Assembly (NCBI GenBank): GCA_964612425.1
Contig: CAZTDX010000003.1
Coordinates: 76,193-100,192 of the forward strand
Reading direction: 5' to 3'
Source: an uncultured Pseudobdellovibrionaceae bacterium
GTDB lineage: Bacteria > Bdellovibrionota > Bdellovibrionia > Bdellovibrionales > Bdellovibrionaceae
DNA length: 24,000 nucleotides
The translations under genes and the position numbers were made by a program. Of the stretch, positions 16,143-24,000 are shown in pieces; within the stretch, counting starts at the first letter, position 1, and every line of letters starts with the position of its first letter. The notes beneath the pieces are model-generated. The model saw nothing but the letters and a program-made list of their open reading frames with translations. It did not search any database and was not told the origin of the DNA.

Positions 16143-16552
16143 GCGCCAACCTCAATAAAATTAAAGGATTTTATCACCGACACTGTTTTATTATCCATTT
16201 GATAATAAAATTGGTTTTCTTCTGTGCCATTCACTTTTTGAAACTTGGCAATATCAAAAGAAATGACTTGATGAACCTTCTCCACCTGAAACCCAAACCT
16301 TTGTTCTTGTATCATGGCAATAACAATATACTGTGGTTGATAATCATTCGATATTTCGATTTGTGGTAGATTTAAAATAGGAAGAACGTCGCCTCTTAGA
16401 TTCAACAATCCATTGAGATTTTCTCTTTCCACTGGTGTTGGACTTAAGCTTTGTGACTTAATAACCTCCACCACCGCACCAATGGGAACTGCAAAATATT
16501 GATTTCCATTTTGAAATAATAAATACAATGAGTTTTCTTCATTGCTGCTCAT
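16139..16552 (-). CDS. cheW: CheW-like coupling protein (second copy, 137 aa)
   Basis: Motifs YFAVPIGAVVEVIK and LNLRGDVLPILNL, typical of a CheW domain. SD AAGGA. Confidence 0.85.
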   Translation of the reverse strand: MSSNEENSLYLLFQNGNQYFAVPIGAVVEVIKSQSLSPTPVERENLNGLLNLRGDVLPILNLPQIEISNDYQPQYIVIAMIQEQRFGFQVEKVHQVISFDIAKFQKVNGTEENQFYYQMDNKTVSVIKSFNFIEVGA

Positions 16553-16575
16553 AATTTTTTCCTTTACTTACTTTC

Positions 16576-18783
16576 TTACACAACATCTTGAACTCGCTCT
16601 TCATCCAATCCAAGCTGAACAAACTCATCAGGAGCAACCACATAAGCGATGCTATCGTCACCCAAAACAGTTGTTCCTTTAAAACCTGGAAAGTGATTAG
16701 AAATACTATCAAAGGGTCGAATTACAGCCTCTAGCTGATCATGAATTCCATTGACTAGTAAGCCGAGATAGCGTGATTTATGCTGCAAAACGACGACTGA
16801 AAATTGGGACAAATCACGTTCGATCACATCCGGCTTTCTACTAACCAACTCAGAAAATGAACGAAGAGCGACAGTTCGATTTTGAAATTGAAATGTTTTT
16901 TGAGGTCCGACCCAATTAACAGTGAGCGTGGAAAGTGACGACAAGTACGCAATAGAATTTAATGGAACAGCAAGGTTTATTCGTCCTGATTTAACTAACA
17001 CAGTTTGCTCAACAAGAACTGTTTTTGGCACTGGAATTTCGATATTAAAAGTAGTCCCTATCCCAAGGACAGAATCTATTTTTATTCTACCTCCGATATT
17101 AGTAATTTCTGATTTGACAACATCCATTCCAACTCCCCGACCTGAGATCTCAGTGACTTTTTCTGCCGTTGAAAAGCCGGGGAGAAAAAGCAAATCAAAA
17201 GCTTCAGCATCAGATAATAAACTTTTTTGGCTTACATCAATAAAACCCTTTTCAATAGCTTTATTAAGCACACGCTCTTTATTGATTCCACCGCCATCAT
17301 CTGAAATAGTTAAATAAATAACGCCTTTTTCCTCACGAGCGAAAATATTTATAGTCCCATGAGAAGGTTTGCCTCTCTCTATTCGAACATCACTCGTCTC
17401 TATACCGTGATCAATGGCATTTCTTAACATATGAGTCATACAAGCACTCAAGACATTCGCGATGGTTTTATCCACACCTAAATCAAAACCATCCGTATTT
17501 AAATTCACTTTTTTATTAAGCTCTTTCGTCACTTGCCGAAAAATTCTAGGGAGTTTATTCAGGGCACGATCCAGTGAAACTTTTCGGACTGACATAATTT
17601 TATCTTGCAAATGATCGGTGATTTTATTGAGTGAGTAAGAAAAATCCGTAATTTTTGAAAGTGCTCTTGCTGAAAGACCACGGAACTCTGGATCTTGAGT
17701 TAAAACTTTAAAATAATTTTTTAATACAATCATCTCTCCAGAAAGTTTCATAAATGATTCTAGTTTATCGTTAGAGACTAAGACCCCATCGTTATCATTG
17801 CTAGTGTTAATATTAGCACTTGAGGCACCAACAGGTTTTAATTGTACATTAGACGTTGAGGAATTATTTTCCGCATTTTCAATAGAATTTTTAGCATTCA
17901 CGCTAATATCAGAAGAGAATTCTTGAGATTTATTAAGTTCTCTTTCCTTAACTTGGTTTAAGGAGTTTAAGCACATTTCTATTTTTTCTTTTAATTCGTG
18001 ATCTGGTTCCTTGCGTTCTTTAATTAAGTGAATTAACTGCATTGTAATATCGGAGGTAAATAAAAACAACTCCACGGTGTTGGAATCTGGATGAAAATTA
18101 TTGTTTTTTACTAACGATAAACAAGACTCAAACGCATGAGTCACTTGGGCCAAATAGTGACAACCAGGTACCGCAGCAGCACCCCCCTTTACAGAGTGAA
18201 CATTTCGAAATAAAAGATCAATTGTAGCTCGATCAATGGACTCTTCTTCTAATTTTAAAATATGATGTTCTAAGTCTTCAAGTAATCCCCTGGCTTCTTC
18301 AACAAAGAGCTCAGCGATTTCTTCAGATTCTCTTTGCTCTTCTTCAAGACGCTTTATCCTATCATCGGCATACTTCAAAACACAACCTCTGAGGGTGTCC
18401 AATCGAACAGGTTTTTCAATAACACTGGTGATTCCAGCTTTAAACCCACTGAGGGCGACACTCTTATCCACCAATCCTGAAATTAATATAAAAGGAAGAT
18501 CCTGATATATTTTTCGAGCTTCAATGCACAGCTCTAAACCATTCATTTCTGGCATGCCGTAGTCAGATAAAACTAGAAAATATTTTTCTTTAACAGGTAG
18601 ATCATTACCATTAGCATCTTTATGTTGAAGTAGTTGTAAGGCCTCTTTACCATCTATCGCTATTTTAAATTTAAGCCCTACGCTTTTAGCAAATTCCGCA
18701 ATGAATTCTCTCATTGCAATGTCATCATCGGCGATTAATAAAACTTCTTCAAAATGTTCATATTTTTTATTTTCAAAAGCCAT
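16576..18783 (-). CDS. cheA: Chemotaxis histidine kinase CheA with an N-terminal receiver domain (REC-Hpt-dimerisation-HATPase-CheW-like)
   Basis: Receiver domain: LLIADDD, LVLSDYGMPEMNG, ILISG, IEKP. Hpt domain: HSVKGGAAAV. ATPase domain: HMLRNAIDHGIE, DDGGGI, GRGVGMDVV. C-terminal CheW-like P5 domain. Preferred start is ATG 18783 (MAFENKK), 1 nt after the cheR stop; the track start at 18795 is GTG. Confidence 0.93.
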   Translation of the reverse strand: MAFENKKYEHFEEVLLIADDDIAMREFIAEFAKSVGLKFKIAIDGKEALQLLQHKDANGNDLPVKEKYFLVLSDYGMPEMNGLELCIEARKIYQDLPFILISGLVDKSVALSGFKAGITSVIEKPVRLDTLRGCVLKYADDRIKRLEEEQRESEEIAELFVEEARGLLEDLEHHILKLEEESIDRATIDLLFRNVHSVKGGAAAVPGCHYLAQVTHAFESCLSLVKNNNFHPDSNTVELFLFTSDITMQLIHLIKERKEPDHELKEKIEMCLNSLNQVKERELNKSQEFSSDISVNAKNSIENAENNSSTSNVQLKPVGASSANINTSNDNDGVLVSNDKLESFMKLSGEMIVLKNYFKVLTQDPEFRGLSARALSKITDFSYSLNKITDHLQDKIMSVRKVSLDRALNKLPRIFRQVTKELNKKVNLNTDGFDLGVDKTIANVLSACMTHMLRNAIDHGIETSDVRIERGKPSHGTINIFAREEKGVIYLTISDDGGGINKERVLNKAIEKGFIDVSQKSLLSDAEAFDLLFLPGFSTAEKVTEISGRGVGMDVVKSEITNIGGRIKIDSVLGIGTTFNIEIPVPKTVLVEQTVLVKSGRINLAVPLNSIAYLSSLSTLTVNWVGPQKTFQFQNRTVALRSFSELVSRKPDVIERDLSQFSVVVLQHKSRYLGLLVNGIHDQLEAVIRPFDSISNHFPGFKGTTVLGDDSIAYVVAPDEFVQLGLDEERVQDVV

Positions 18784-18784
18784 A

Positions 18785-19708
18785 TTATATATCACCTTTT
18801 TTTTGATAGACCCCGTTACTAACGGATTGAAAATGATTCATCATGCGCATAGCGCCCGTTTCTGAATGGCCTAAAAATAAATACCCAGAGTGGTCTAAAC
18901 TATTACCTAAGTTTATAATCACTTTATGAACTGTAGGAGCATCAAAATAAATTAAAACATTTCGACAAAAAATAATATCAAAGGGATGCTGAAATGGATA
19001 TTGAGCAGTTTGTAAATTAAATGGAGCAAAGCGAATCATTTCACGGTACTCGGACTTAACTTGAAAATCTAATTGATTTTGAGATGACTTTCTTAAATTA
19101 AAAAAGTTGACTCTATAACTCTCTGGGACTTCTGAAACATCTTCTGCTGTAAAAATTCCATCGGCTGCTTTTTGTAAAACCTTTAAATCAATGTCTGATG
19201 CTAAAAATTTCAAACTCCATTGATTCCAATTAGGTATCAAATCTAAAAGGAGCATTAAAAGAGTATAGACTTCTTGCCCCGTGCTCGAAGCCGCACACCA
19301 AACTCGTAGTTCGTAGTGATGTTTTTTCTTTTTAGCGTCTAGTATTTCTGGAATAATTCTTTTAAAGACTTCAAAATGATCGGGTTCTCTAAAAAAACGC
19401 GTTGTGTTTGTCGTCATAGCTGATATAAATTCAGGACTATGGATTGCGTCTTGTTCTTCCAATAATTTTAAGTATTTTTTATACCCATCTAATTTATGAC
19501 GTTTTAATACCTTTGCGAGCCGACTTGCCATCAGAGTGATATTTTTTTCATTCGGCACCAAATTGATTCCCGTTTTATCTTTTAATATTTGTGATAATTT
19601 TATAAAACTATTTAAGTCACTTTGTAGTCTATCAACAAATTGAGTATCCATTTTATTGAACTCAAGCTGAACTCCTTCAATATTTTTTGCCTTATTGGAA
19701 TCCATCAT
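18785..19708 (-). CDS. cheR: Chemotaxis protein methyltransferase CheR
   Basis: Motifs TNTTRFFREPDHF, RVWCAASSTGQEVYTL and IIFCRNVLIYFD (SAM-dependent CheR fold). Confidence 0.92.
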   Translation of the reverse strand: MMDSNKAKNIEGVQLEFNKMDTQFVDRLQSDLNSFIKLSQILKDKTGINLVPNEKNITLMASRLAKVLKRHKLDGYKKYLKLLEEQDAIHSPEFISAMTTNTTRFFREPDHFEVFKRIIPEILDAKKKKHHYELRVWCAASSTGQEVYTLLMLLLDLIPNWNQWSLKFLASDIDLKVLQKAADGIFTAEDVSEVPESYRVNFFNLRKSSQNQLDFQVKSEYREMIRFAPFNLQTAQYPFQHPFDIIFCRNVLIYFDAPTVHKVIINLGNSLDHSGYLFLGHSETGAMRMMNHFQSVSNGVYQKKGDI

Positions 19709-19827
19709 TTTGACCCACTTCTCGACCTCTAAATCGAATTTACTAGAGGGACAACGAAAGACATTTTGATTATTTAGTTTTTCAAAATGAATCCTTTCAT
19801 TGTCCCAATCATTTGTGCCACGTTGTT

Positions 19828-20337
19828 TTAACTTGCTGTCGTCGTTGAACCTAGTTGTGTTTCTCGTATCGTAAGTTCATTGATTTGATGATTGGATAAC
19901 ACTTTAACAATATCGATTAAAACAATGACCTTATTTTCTAGTTTCCCCATCCCTAAAACAAATTCTGTGTCTACGAGATTTCCTAAGTTCGGTGTGGGCT
20001 CAATTTGATTACTTGCTAACTCAATAACACCACTAACCGAATCAACAATCATACCGACTTGACCATCGAACGCTTCAATCACGATAATACAAGTTTCCTT
20101 CGTAGTTTCTATGGGTTCAAAATTTAATTTTTTCCGTAAATTAACAACAGGAATAACTTTACCTCGTAAATTCATCACTCCAGCAACAAAAGAAGGCGTT
20201 TTTGGAACCGGTGTAATTTCACTCATTCTATTAATTTCGCGAATTGCACCAATGGGAACACCATAAAGCTGATGACTTAACACAAAAGTTAAGTATTGTC
20301 CTGGCTGTGCTAATCGATTTTCATTATTTTGCGCCAT
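19828..20337 (-). CDS. cheW: CheW coupling protein (first copy, 169 aa)
   Basis: Motifs YLTFVLSHQLYGVPIGAIREI and VMNLRGKVIPVVNLRKKL. SD GAGGAA. Confidence 0.9.
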   Translation of the reverse strand: MAQNNENRLAQPGQYLTFVLSHQLYGVPIGAIREINRMSEITPVPKTPSFVAGVMNLRGKVIPVVNLRKKLNFEPIETTKETCIIVIEAFDGQVGMIVDSVSGVIELASNQIEPTPNLGNLVDTEFVLGMGKLENKVIVLIDIVKVLSNHQINELTIRETQLGSTTTAS

Positions 20338-20404
20338 AATTAGTTCCTCAATTAAATTTATTTATCAATAATATTATTAGCTTTACTCTCAAATTGCATT
20401 TCAA

Positions 20405-22054
20405 TTAAAATCCAACAGTGTCACCAACTTTCCCACCACCATTTTTACTCCCCGATTGGTCATCATCATCAAAAGGGATCACTCGACTCGCATCCACAGA
20501 CTCAGCTATTTTATTCGATATTTGTTTTCGGGTTCGAAGTCTGTCATTAAAACTTAGTATTTTAGCACTTTGCTGAATTTTTTTCTTTTGATGAGAAACC
20601 TGATGGATCGGCTCACTGGTTCCTTCAATGATAGTCGTTAACTCGCCCACAAGCCCTTGTAATTCATTGGCCTGAGCCGACATTTCTTCAGAGGACGTCG
20701 CAGTTTCTTCAGCCGAAGCAGCATTTCTTTGAGTTGATTGATCTAGTTCATTCATAGCTTTACTAATTTGCGAAATCCCTTTGGATTGTTCAGAACTAGC
20801 AGACGCAATTTCATTGTTGAGGTCAGACACTTTTTTAACAGAACCAACGATATTTTTTAAGACTTCACCGCTTTGATCAGCAATTTTACTTCCATTGGAA
20901 ATTTGATCCACGCTTTCTTTAATCAGTACTGTAATATCCTTGGCAGCCGACGCACTTCGTTGAGCTAAGTTTCGAACAGCTTCTGCGACTACTGCAAAAC
21001 CTTTACCTTGTTCACCCGCTCGTGCCGCTTCGACCGCTGCATTGAGTGCTAATAAATTGGTTTGAAAGGCAATATCATCGATCACATTGATAATCTCTTC
21101 GATTTTTTTCGAACTTCTTGATATATCGGTCATCGCGCTAATAAGTGATCTAATTTCATTTTCACCATCTTCTGCTGATTTGCGACTAGAAAGAGATAAG
21201 TGTGAAGCCTCACGTGCGTTATCAGCATTCAGTTTGACCATGCTGCTCAGTTCTTCTAGCGAAGATACTGTTTCTTCCAGAGCTGAGGCAGACTCTGTAG
21301 CTCCTGAAGACAATTGTTGGCTTGCCGCTGATAGTTGCTCACTCGCAGATCCCACCTGAGATCCCGCTGAACTTAATCGTTCAGCAACAATAGCAAGAGC
21401 TTTTGTCAAGTTAACCGCTAAAAATAATCCAAAAATCATTGTCGTAAGCACCCCAAAAAGCCCAAAGAGCAGACTTGAAGTAATCGAGTTTTTAATGGAT
21501 TCTGACAGTGTCTTCTTCTCCTTTTCTACGACATCAAAGTTTATATCGATGATCGATTCTAATCTTTTTTGAGACTCACCAAAGGCATGTTTAAGTGGAC
21601 CATTAAAAATTTCTTTTGCTTCAGCGATCTCGCCCTCTTTAAGGTGATTGGCTAAGTTATTAACATGTTCTTCCCAGGCTTTTGCATAGGGCACAAACTC
21701 TTTCCATACTTTTTCTTCTTCGGGAGTTTGCTCAAGGGGTTCATATATAGCCCATCCATCATGATATTCTTTAAAGATTTCCTTCACCTTTTGATCTAAG
21801 TAATCAGCTGAGATTTTTGAATTATTAAGAGCTTCCCAAAAAGTAAGTCGCATTAATAATCTTGAACTGTTCAACATGTCCAAACCCTTAATCGAGGGCA
21901 CTCTTACATCTACGACTTGCTTCGACGATTGCTCAACACCCTTTAAATAATTACTGTTGACATACACTAATACCCCTACCACGACAGAAGGGATGATTAC
22001 TAACATCAACATTTTAAACCTTAATCCTCTAAACCAATTACTAAACGTGCTCAT
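20405..22054 (-). CDS. Methyl-accepting chemotaxis protein (two transmembrane segments, periplasmic helical-bundle sensor, no evident HAMP)
   Basis: Signalling hairpin: IAFQTNLLALNAAVEAARAGEQGKGFAVVAEAVRNLA. Methylation-type pairs ASEQLSA, ASQQLSS, SSEEMSA. TM1 is LMLVIIPSVVVGVLVYV and TM2 is LLFGLFGVLTTMIFGLFLAV. Confidence 0.95.
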   Translation of the reverse strand: MSTFSNWFRGLRFKMLMLVIIPSVVVGVLVYVNSNYLKGVEQSSKQVVDVRVPSIKGLDMLNSSRLLMRLTFWEALNNSKISADYLDQKVKEIFKEYHDGWAIYEPLEQTPEEEKVWKEFVPYAKAWEEHVNNLANHLKEGEIAEAKEIFNGPLKHAFGESQKRLESIIDINFDVVEKEKKTLSESIKNSITSSLLFGLFGVLTTMIFGLFLAVNLTKALAIVAERLSSAGSQVGSASEQLSAASQQLSSGATESASALEETVSSLEELSSMVKLNADNAREASHLSLSSRKSAEDGENEIRSLISAMTDISRSSKKIEEIINVIDDIAFQTNLLALNAAVEAARAGEQGKGFAVVAEAVRNLAQRSASAAKDITVLIKESVDQISNGSKIADQSGEVLKNIVGSVKKVSDLNNEIASASSEQSKGISQISKAMNELDQSTQRNAASAEETATSSEEMSAQANELQGLVGELTTIIEGTSEPIHQVSHQKKKIQQSAKILSFNDRLRTRKQISNKIAESVDASRVIPFDDDDQSGSKNGGGKVGDTVGF

Positions 22055-22102
22055 ATAAAATTACCTCTTTCTTATTAGGGACTTTTTTTCCCATGCTCCT
22101 TT

Positions 22103-22129
22103 CTTTCGGAACTTAAAAACTATTCTTTA
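22103..22129 (-). promoter_or_regulatory. Candidate sigma-28 (FliA-type) promoter for the chemosensory operon
   Basis: The minus strand reads TAAA-N15-TCCGAAAG against the consensus TAAA-N15-GCCGATAA, with the CCGA core conserved. It lies about 50 nt upstream of the mcp ATG. Confidence 0.3.
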
Positions 22130-22272
22130 GTCTAGTTTGAAGAGATTTTCATAAATTTCACTATGAAACAAAAAAGATTGCTAAGATGGCAGTAATAAAA
22201 AATTAACTTTATTTATTTACTTTCAGGGCACACAATAAAAATTTTATAGTTTTAATTTTAGTGTGCTAAATG

Positions 22273-22306
22273 AAATCAATTTCCTTTTTAATTAGGAAAT
22301 TGATTT
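22273..22306 (-). terminator. Hairpin downstream of dut (putative terminator)
   Basis: Perfect 12-bp inverted repeat AAATCAATTTCC / GGAAATTGATTT with a 10-nt loop, 34 nt after the dut stop. The U-tract is weak. Confidence 0.4.
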
Positions 22307-22339
22307 TAAGGTGTTAATGAGTCCTTGTGCTTTAACTTA

Positions 22340-22792
22340 TTAAATTTTGCCTGTAGAACCAAACCCACCGGCTCCACGTTCAGTCTCAGTCAGGTCTGAG
22401 GCTTCAATCCATTTTGCCTGAATCACAGGAACTAATACACATTGAGCAATGCGTTCTTGATCTTTGATTTCAATTGGTTCTTCGCCGTGATTTAATAAAA
22501 GAATTTTTACTTCACCACGATAGTCAGCATCAATTGTGCCTGGAGTATTCACGATGGTAAGTCCGTGCTTCCATGCAAGTCCACTACGAGGTCTTGTTTG
22601 AATTTCATATCCAGACGGGATTTCAAAACTCAATGCCGTAGGAACCATCGCACGTTCTCCAGGCTTAATGATGATAGAATTTTCTAATTGTGCCCGCACA
22701 TCAAATCCGCTAGCGTGAGAAGACTGATACTGAGGTAACTCACCCTTAAAGTGGGCTAATTTTTTTACTCTCACTGGAATTAACGGATGCAT
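22340..22792 (-). CDS. dut: dUTP diphosphatase (dUTPase)
   Basis: Motifs GFDVRA, PRSGLA, GTIDADYRGE and C-terminal RGAGGFGSTGK. 150 aa. SD AGAGGAG. Confidence 0.95.
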   Translation of the reverse strand: MHPLIPVRVKKLAHFKGELPQYQSSHASGFDVRAQLENSIIIKPGERAMVPTALSFEIPSGYEIQTRPRSGLAWKHGLTIVNTPGTIDADYRGEVKILLLNHGEEPIEIKDQERIAQCVLVPVIQAKWIEASDLTETERGAGGFGSTGKI

Positions 22793-22817
22793 ATTGCCAC
22801 TCCTCTGTAATTAAAAA

Positions 22818-24000
22818 CTACGTACTAACAACGTCCTGCCACCAGCTGCGGTGGCGCTCTAACTTTTCTCCCAGCAAAAGCCCACTAAGTTGATCCAACT
22901 GAAAATACTTTTCTAAATATTTCTTAATGGAGCTTTTGCTCACAGACTCTATCTCTTCAATGACCTCTTGAACGGGCTTATAACGCTGGAGCACCATCTC
23001 ATTGATTCCTAAGGACATCATTCGATTATCAACATCTTCAGAGCCTAATAAAATAGAACCAATCACTTGGGTTTTAAATAATTTTAAGTGCGAGTCTGTT
23101 ATGCCTTGTTTCTTAATGTCCAACATAGCTTTCAAAATAGTATTTACGACTGCTTTTATATTTTCATGATCAACTGAGGCATAAACCAGTAGAAGCCCCG
23201 CATCTGTAAAAGTATTTAACGTGCTATAAACAGAATATGTTAACCCTTTTCGCTCACGGACACTTTGAAATAGTTTTGAAGTCATACCACCACCCAATAA
23301 TGCATTGATGATAAACGCCTCAAAACGCAAAGGATCGTTAAACTTTCCCGTCGGCAAACCTAAGAGCAAATGAATTTGATCCGTTGGCTTATCTAAAATT
23401 TCTGCAAAGGTATGGTAGTGAGGTTTTTCGCGATGATTTAAAAGTGTAGTTGTCCCAACCGGTTTTCGTCCTAAGTGCTTTTCTACTTCATTGACCAAAT
23501 CATCGTGGGAGAGATTTCCTGCGGCACTTACTAAAATATTACGACCAACATAGGTTTTTTTATAATACTGATTTATATCTTTTCGATTAAGAGATAATAA
23601 GCTCCGTTCAGTTCCTAAAATTGGAATACCGATAGGGTTTCCCTTATAACACTTTAATAAGAACTCATCATTGATATGATCTTCATGATTTTCAAAACTG
23701 CTGCCTAACTCTTGAAGCACTACCGATTTTTCAAGCTGAAAATGAGGTTCTTTTAAGTCCATATTCGAAACAAGATCAGAAAGCACTTCTACGGCACGTC
23801 TCCAGTGATCTTGTAAAACGAGTGCATGATAACAAGTGTACTCTCGTGTAGTGTATGCATTGAGCTCACCACCAACTTCCTCAAGAGCTTTTGCAAGCTG
23901 ATAGGCAGTACGCTTCTTTGTTCCTTTAAAAGTTAAATGCTCTAGAAAATGAGAAATTCCGGCCTGCTGAGGTTTTTCATCACGGGTTCCCGTCATAACC
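22818..24000 (-). CDS. M16-family (pitrilysin/insulinase-like) zinc peptidase; N-terminus lies outside the window
   Basis: The HxxEH zinc motif (GISHFLEHLTFKGT) is only about 15 aa from the track start, and the frame stays open to the window edge. The Met at 23996 is therefore internal. Confidence 0.9.
   Translation of the reverse strand, partial: VMTGTRDEKPQQAGISHFLEHLTFKGTKKRTAYQLAKALEEVGGELNAYTTREYTCYHALVLQDHWRRAVEVLSDLVSNMDLKEPHFQLEKSVVLQELGSSFENHEDHINDEFLLKCYKGNPIGIPILGTERSLLSLNRKDINQYYKKTYVGRNILVSAAGNLSHDDLVNEVEKHLGRKPVGTTTLLNHREKPHYHTFAEILDKPTDQIHLLLGLPTGKFNDPLRFEAFIINALLGGGMTSKLFQSVRERKGLTYSVYSTLNTFTDAGLLLVYASVDHENIKAVVNTILKAMLDIKKQGITDSHLKLFKTQVIGSILLGSEDVDNRMMSLGINEMVLQRYKPVQEVIEEIESVSKSSIKKYLEKYFQLDQLSGLLLGEKLERHRSWWQDVVST

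Noticed and set aside
18784-18795. GTG start at 18795 for cheA (MIYNMAFENKK)
   Set aside because: ATG 18783 sits 1 nt after the cheR stop and has a GGTGA SD-like element about 9 nt upstream. The GTG form would overlap cheR by 11 nt. The difference is only 4 codons and remains uncertain.
19786-19827. TGGCAC on the minus strand (19815-19821) and a small hairpin (19786-19801) in the 119-bp cheW-cheR gap, considered as an internal sigma-54 promoter or terminator
   Set aside because: The downstream element reads TTGG one position out of register, with no GC at -12. The hairpin is 6 bp with almost no U-tract. This is insufficient evidence for either call.
20405-20425. MCP C-terminus DTVGF considered as a CheR/CheB-tethering pentapeptide
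   Set aside because: The known pentapeptide (NWETF-like) requires the Trp. Only the terminal Phe is shared here.
13951-21359. Antisense track ORFs 13951-14190, 14596-14793, 14805-15047, 16049-16369, 16922-17317 and 21087-21359
   Set aside because: These are shadows of the orphan gene and of the cheB, cheD/cheW, cheA and mcp genes. They have no SDs and biased composition.
1-24000. Mobile elements, CRISPR arrays, tRNA or rRNA genes, prophage genes or defence-system hallmarks
   Set aside because: No transposase, integrase or nuclease-like ORFs were seen. There are no long terminal inverted repeats, no regularly spaced repeat arrays and no tRNA-like structures. Apart from the Ala/Pro-repeat gene, composition appears uniform by eye.

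Overview
AT-rich bacterial chromosomal segment. GGAGG-type Shine-Dalgarno sites and two sigma-54 activators suggest a Gram-negative, possibly Bdellovibrio-like or deltaproteobacterial host, but that is a low-confidence inference. All family calls come from motifs read by eye in the supplied translations; no homology search was run. I support 24 protein-coding genes and see no rRNA, tRNA, CRISPR array, transposase, integrase or phage gene.

Layout:
- 1-2.3 kb: the 3' part of a sigma-54 activator, converging on and overlapping a hypE-hypA pair.
- 2.4-3.4 kb: an orphan NMT1/THI5-type periplasmic binding protein.
- 3.5-6.6 kb: a sensor-less (PspF-like) sigma-54 activator set tail-to-tail with a CBS-pair gene that has a good -24/-12 promoter. 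Two small orphan genes and a second CBS-pair gene follow.
- 6.6-8.8 kb: an ABC-F ATPase translationally coupled to a Bcp peroxiredoxin carrying a poly-Lys repeat tail.
- 9.0-12.5 kb: a PHB-depolymerase-family esterase and a FadE-type acyl-CoA dehydrogenase.
- 12.8-14.4 kb: a GC-rich Ala/Pro-repeat lipoprotein and a 360-aa secreted orphan.
- 14.6-22.1 kb: a seven-gene chemosensory operon, mcp-cheW-cheR-cheA-cheW-cheD-cheB. It has no CheY, and its CheA has an N-terminal receiver and no P2 domain.
- 22.3-24.0 kb: dut and a 5'-truncated M16 peptidase.

I found no clear-cut novel multi-gene system of the defence or mobile-element kind. The most unusual items are the sensor-less activator/CBS/sigma-54 promoter module, the CheY-less chemosensory pathway, and the Lys-repeat peroxiredoxin.
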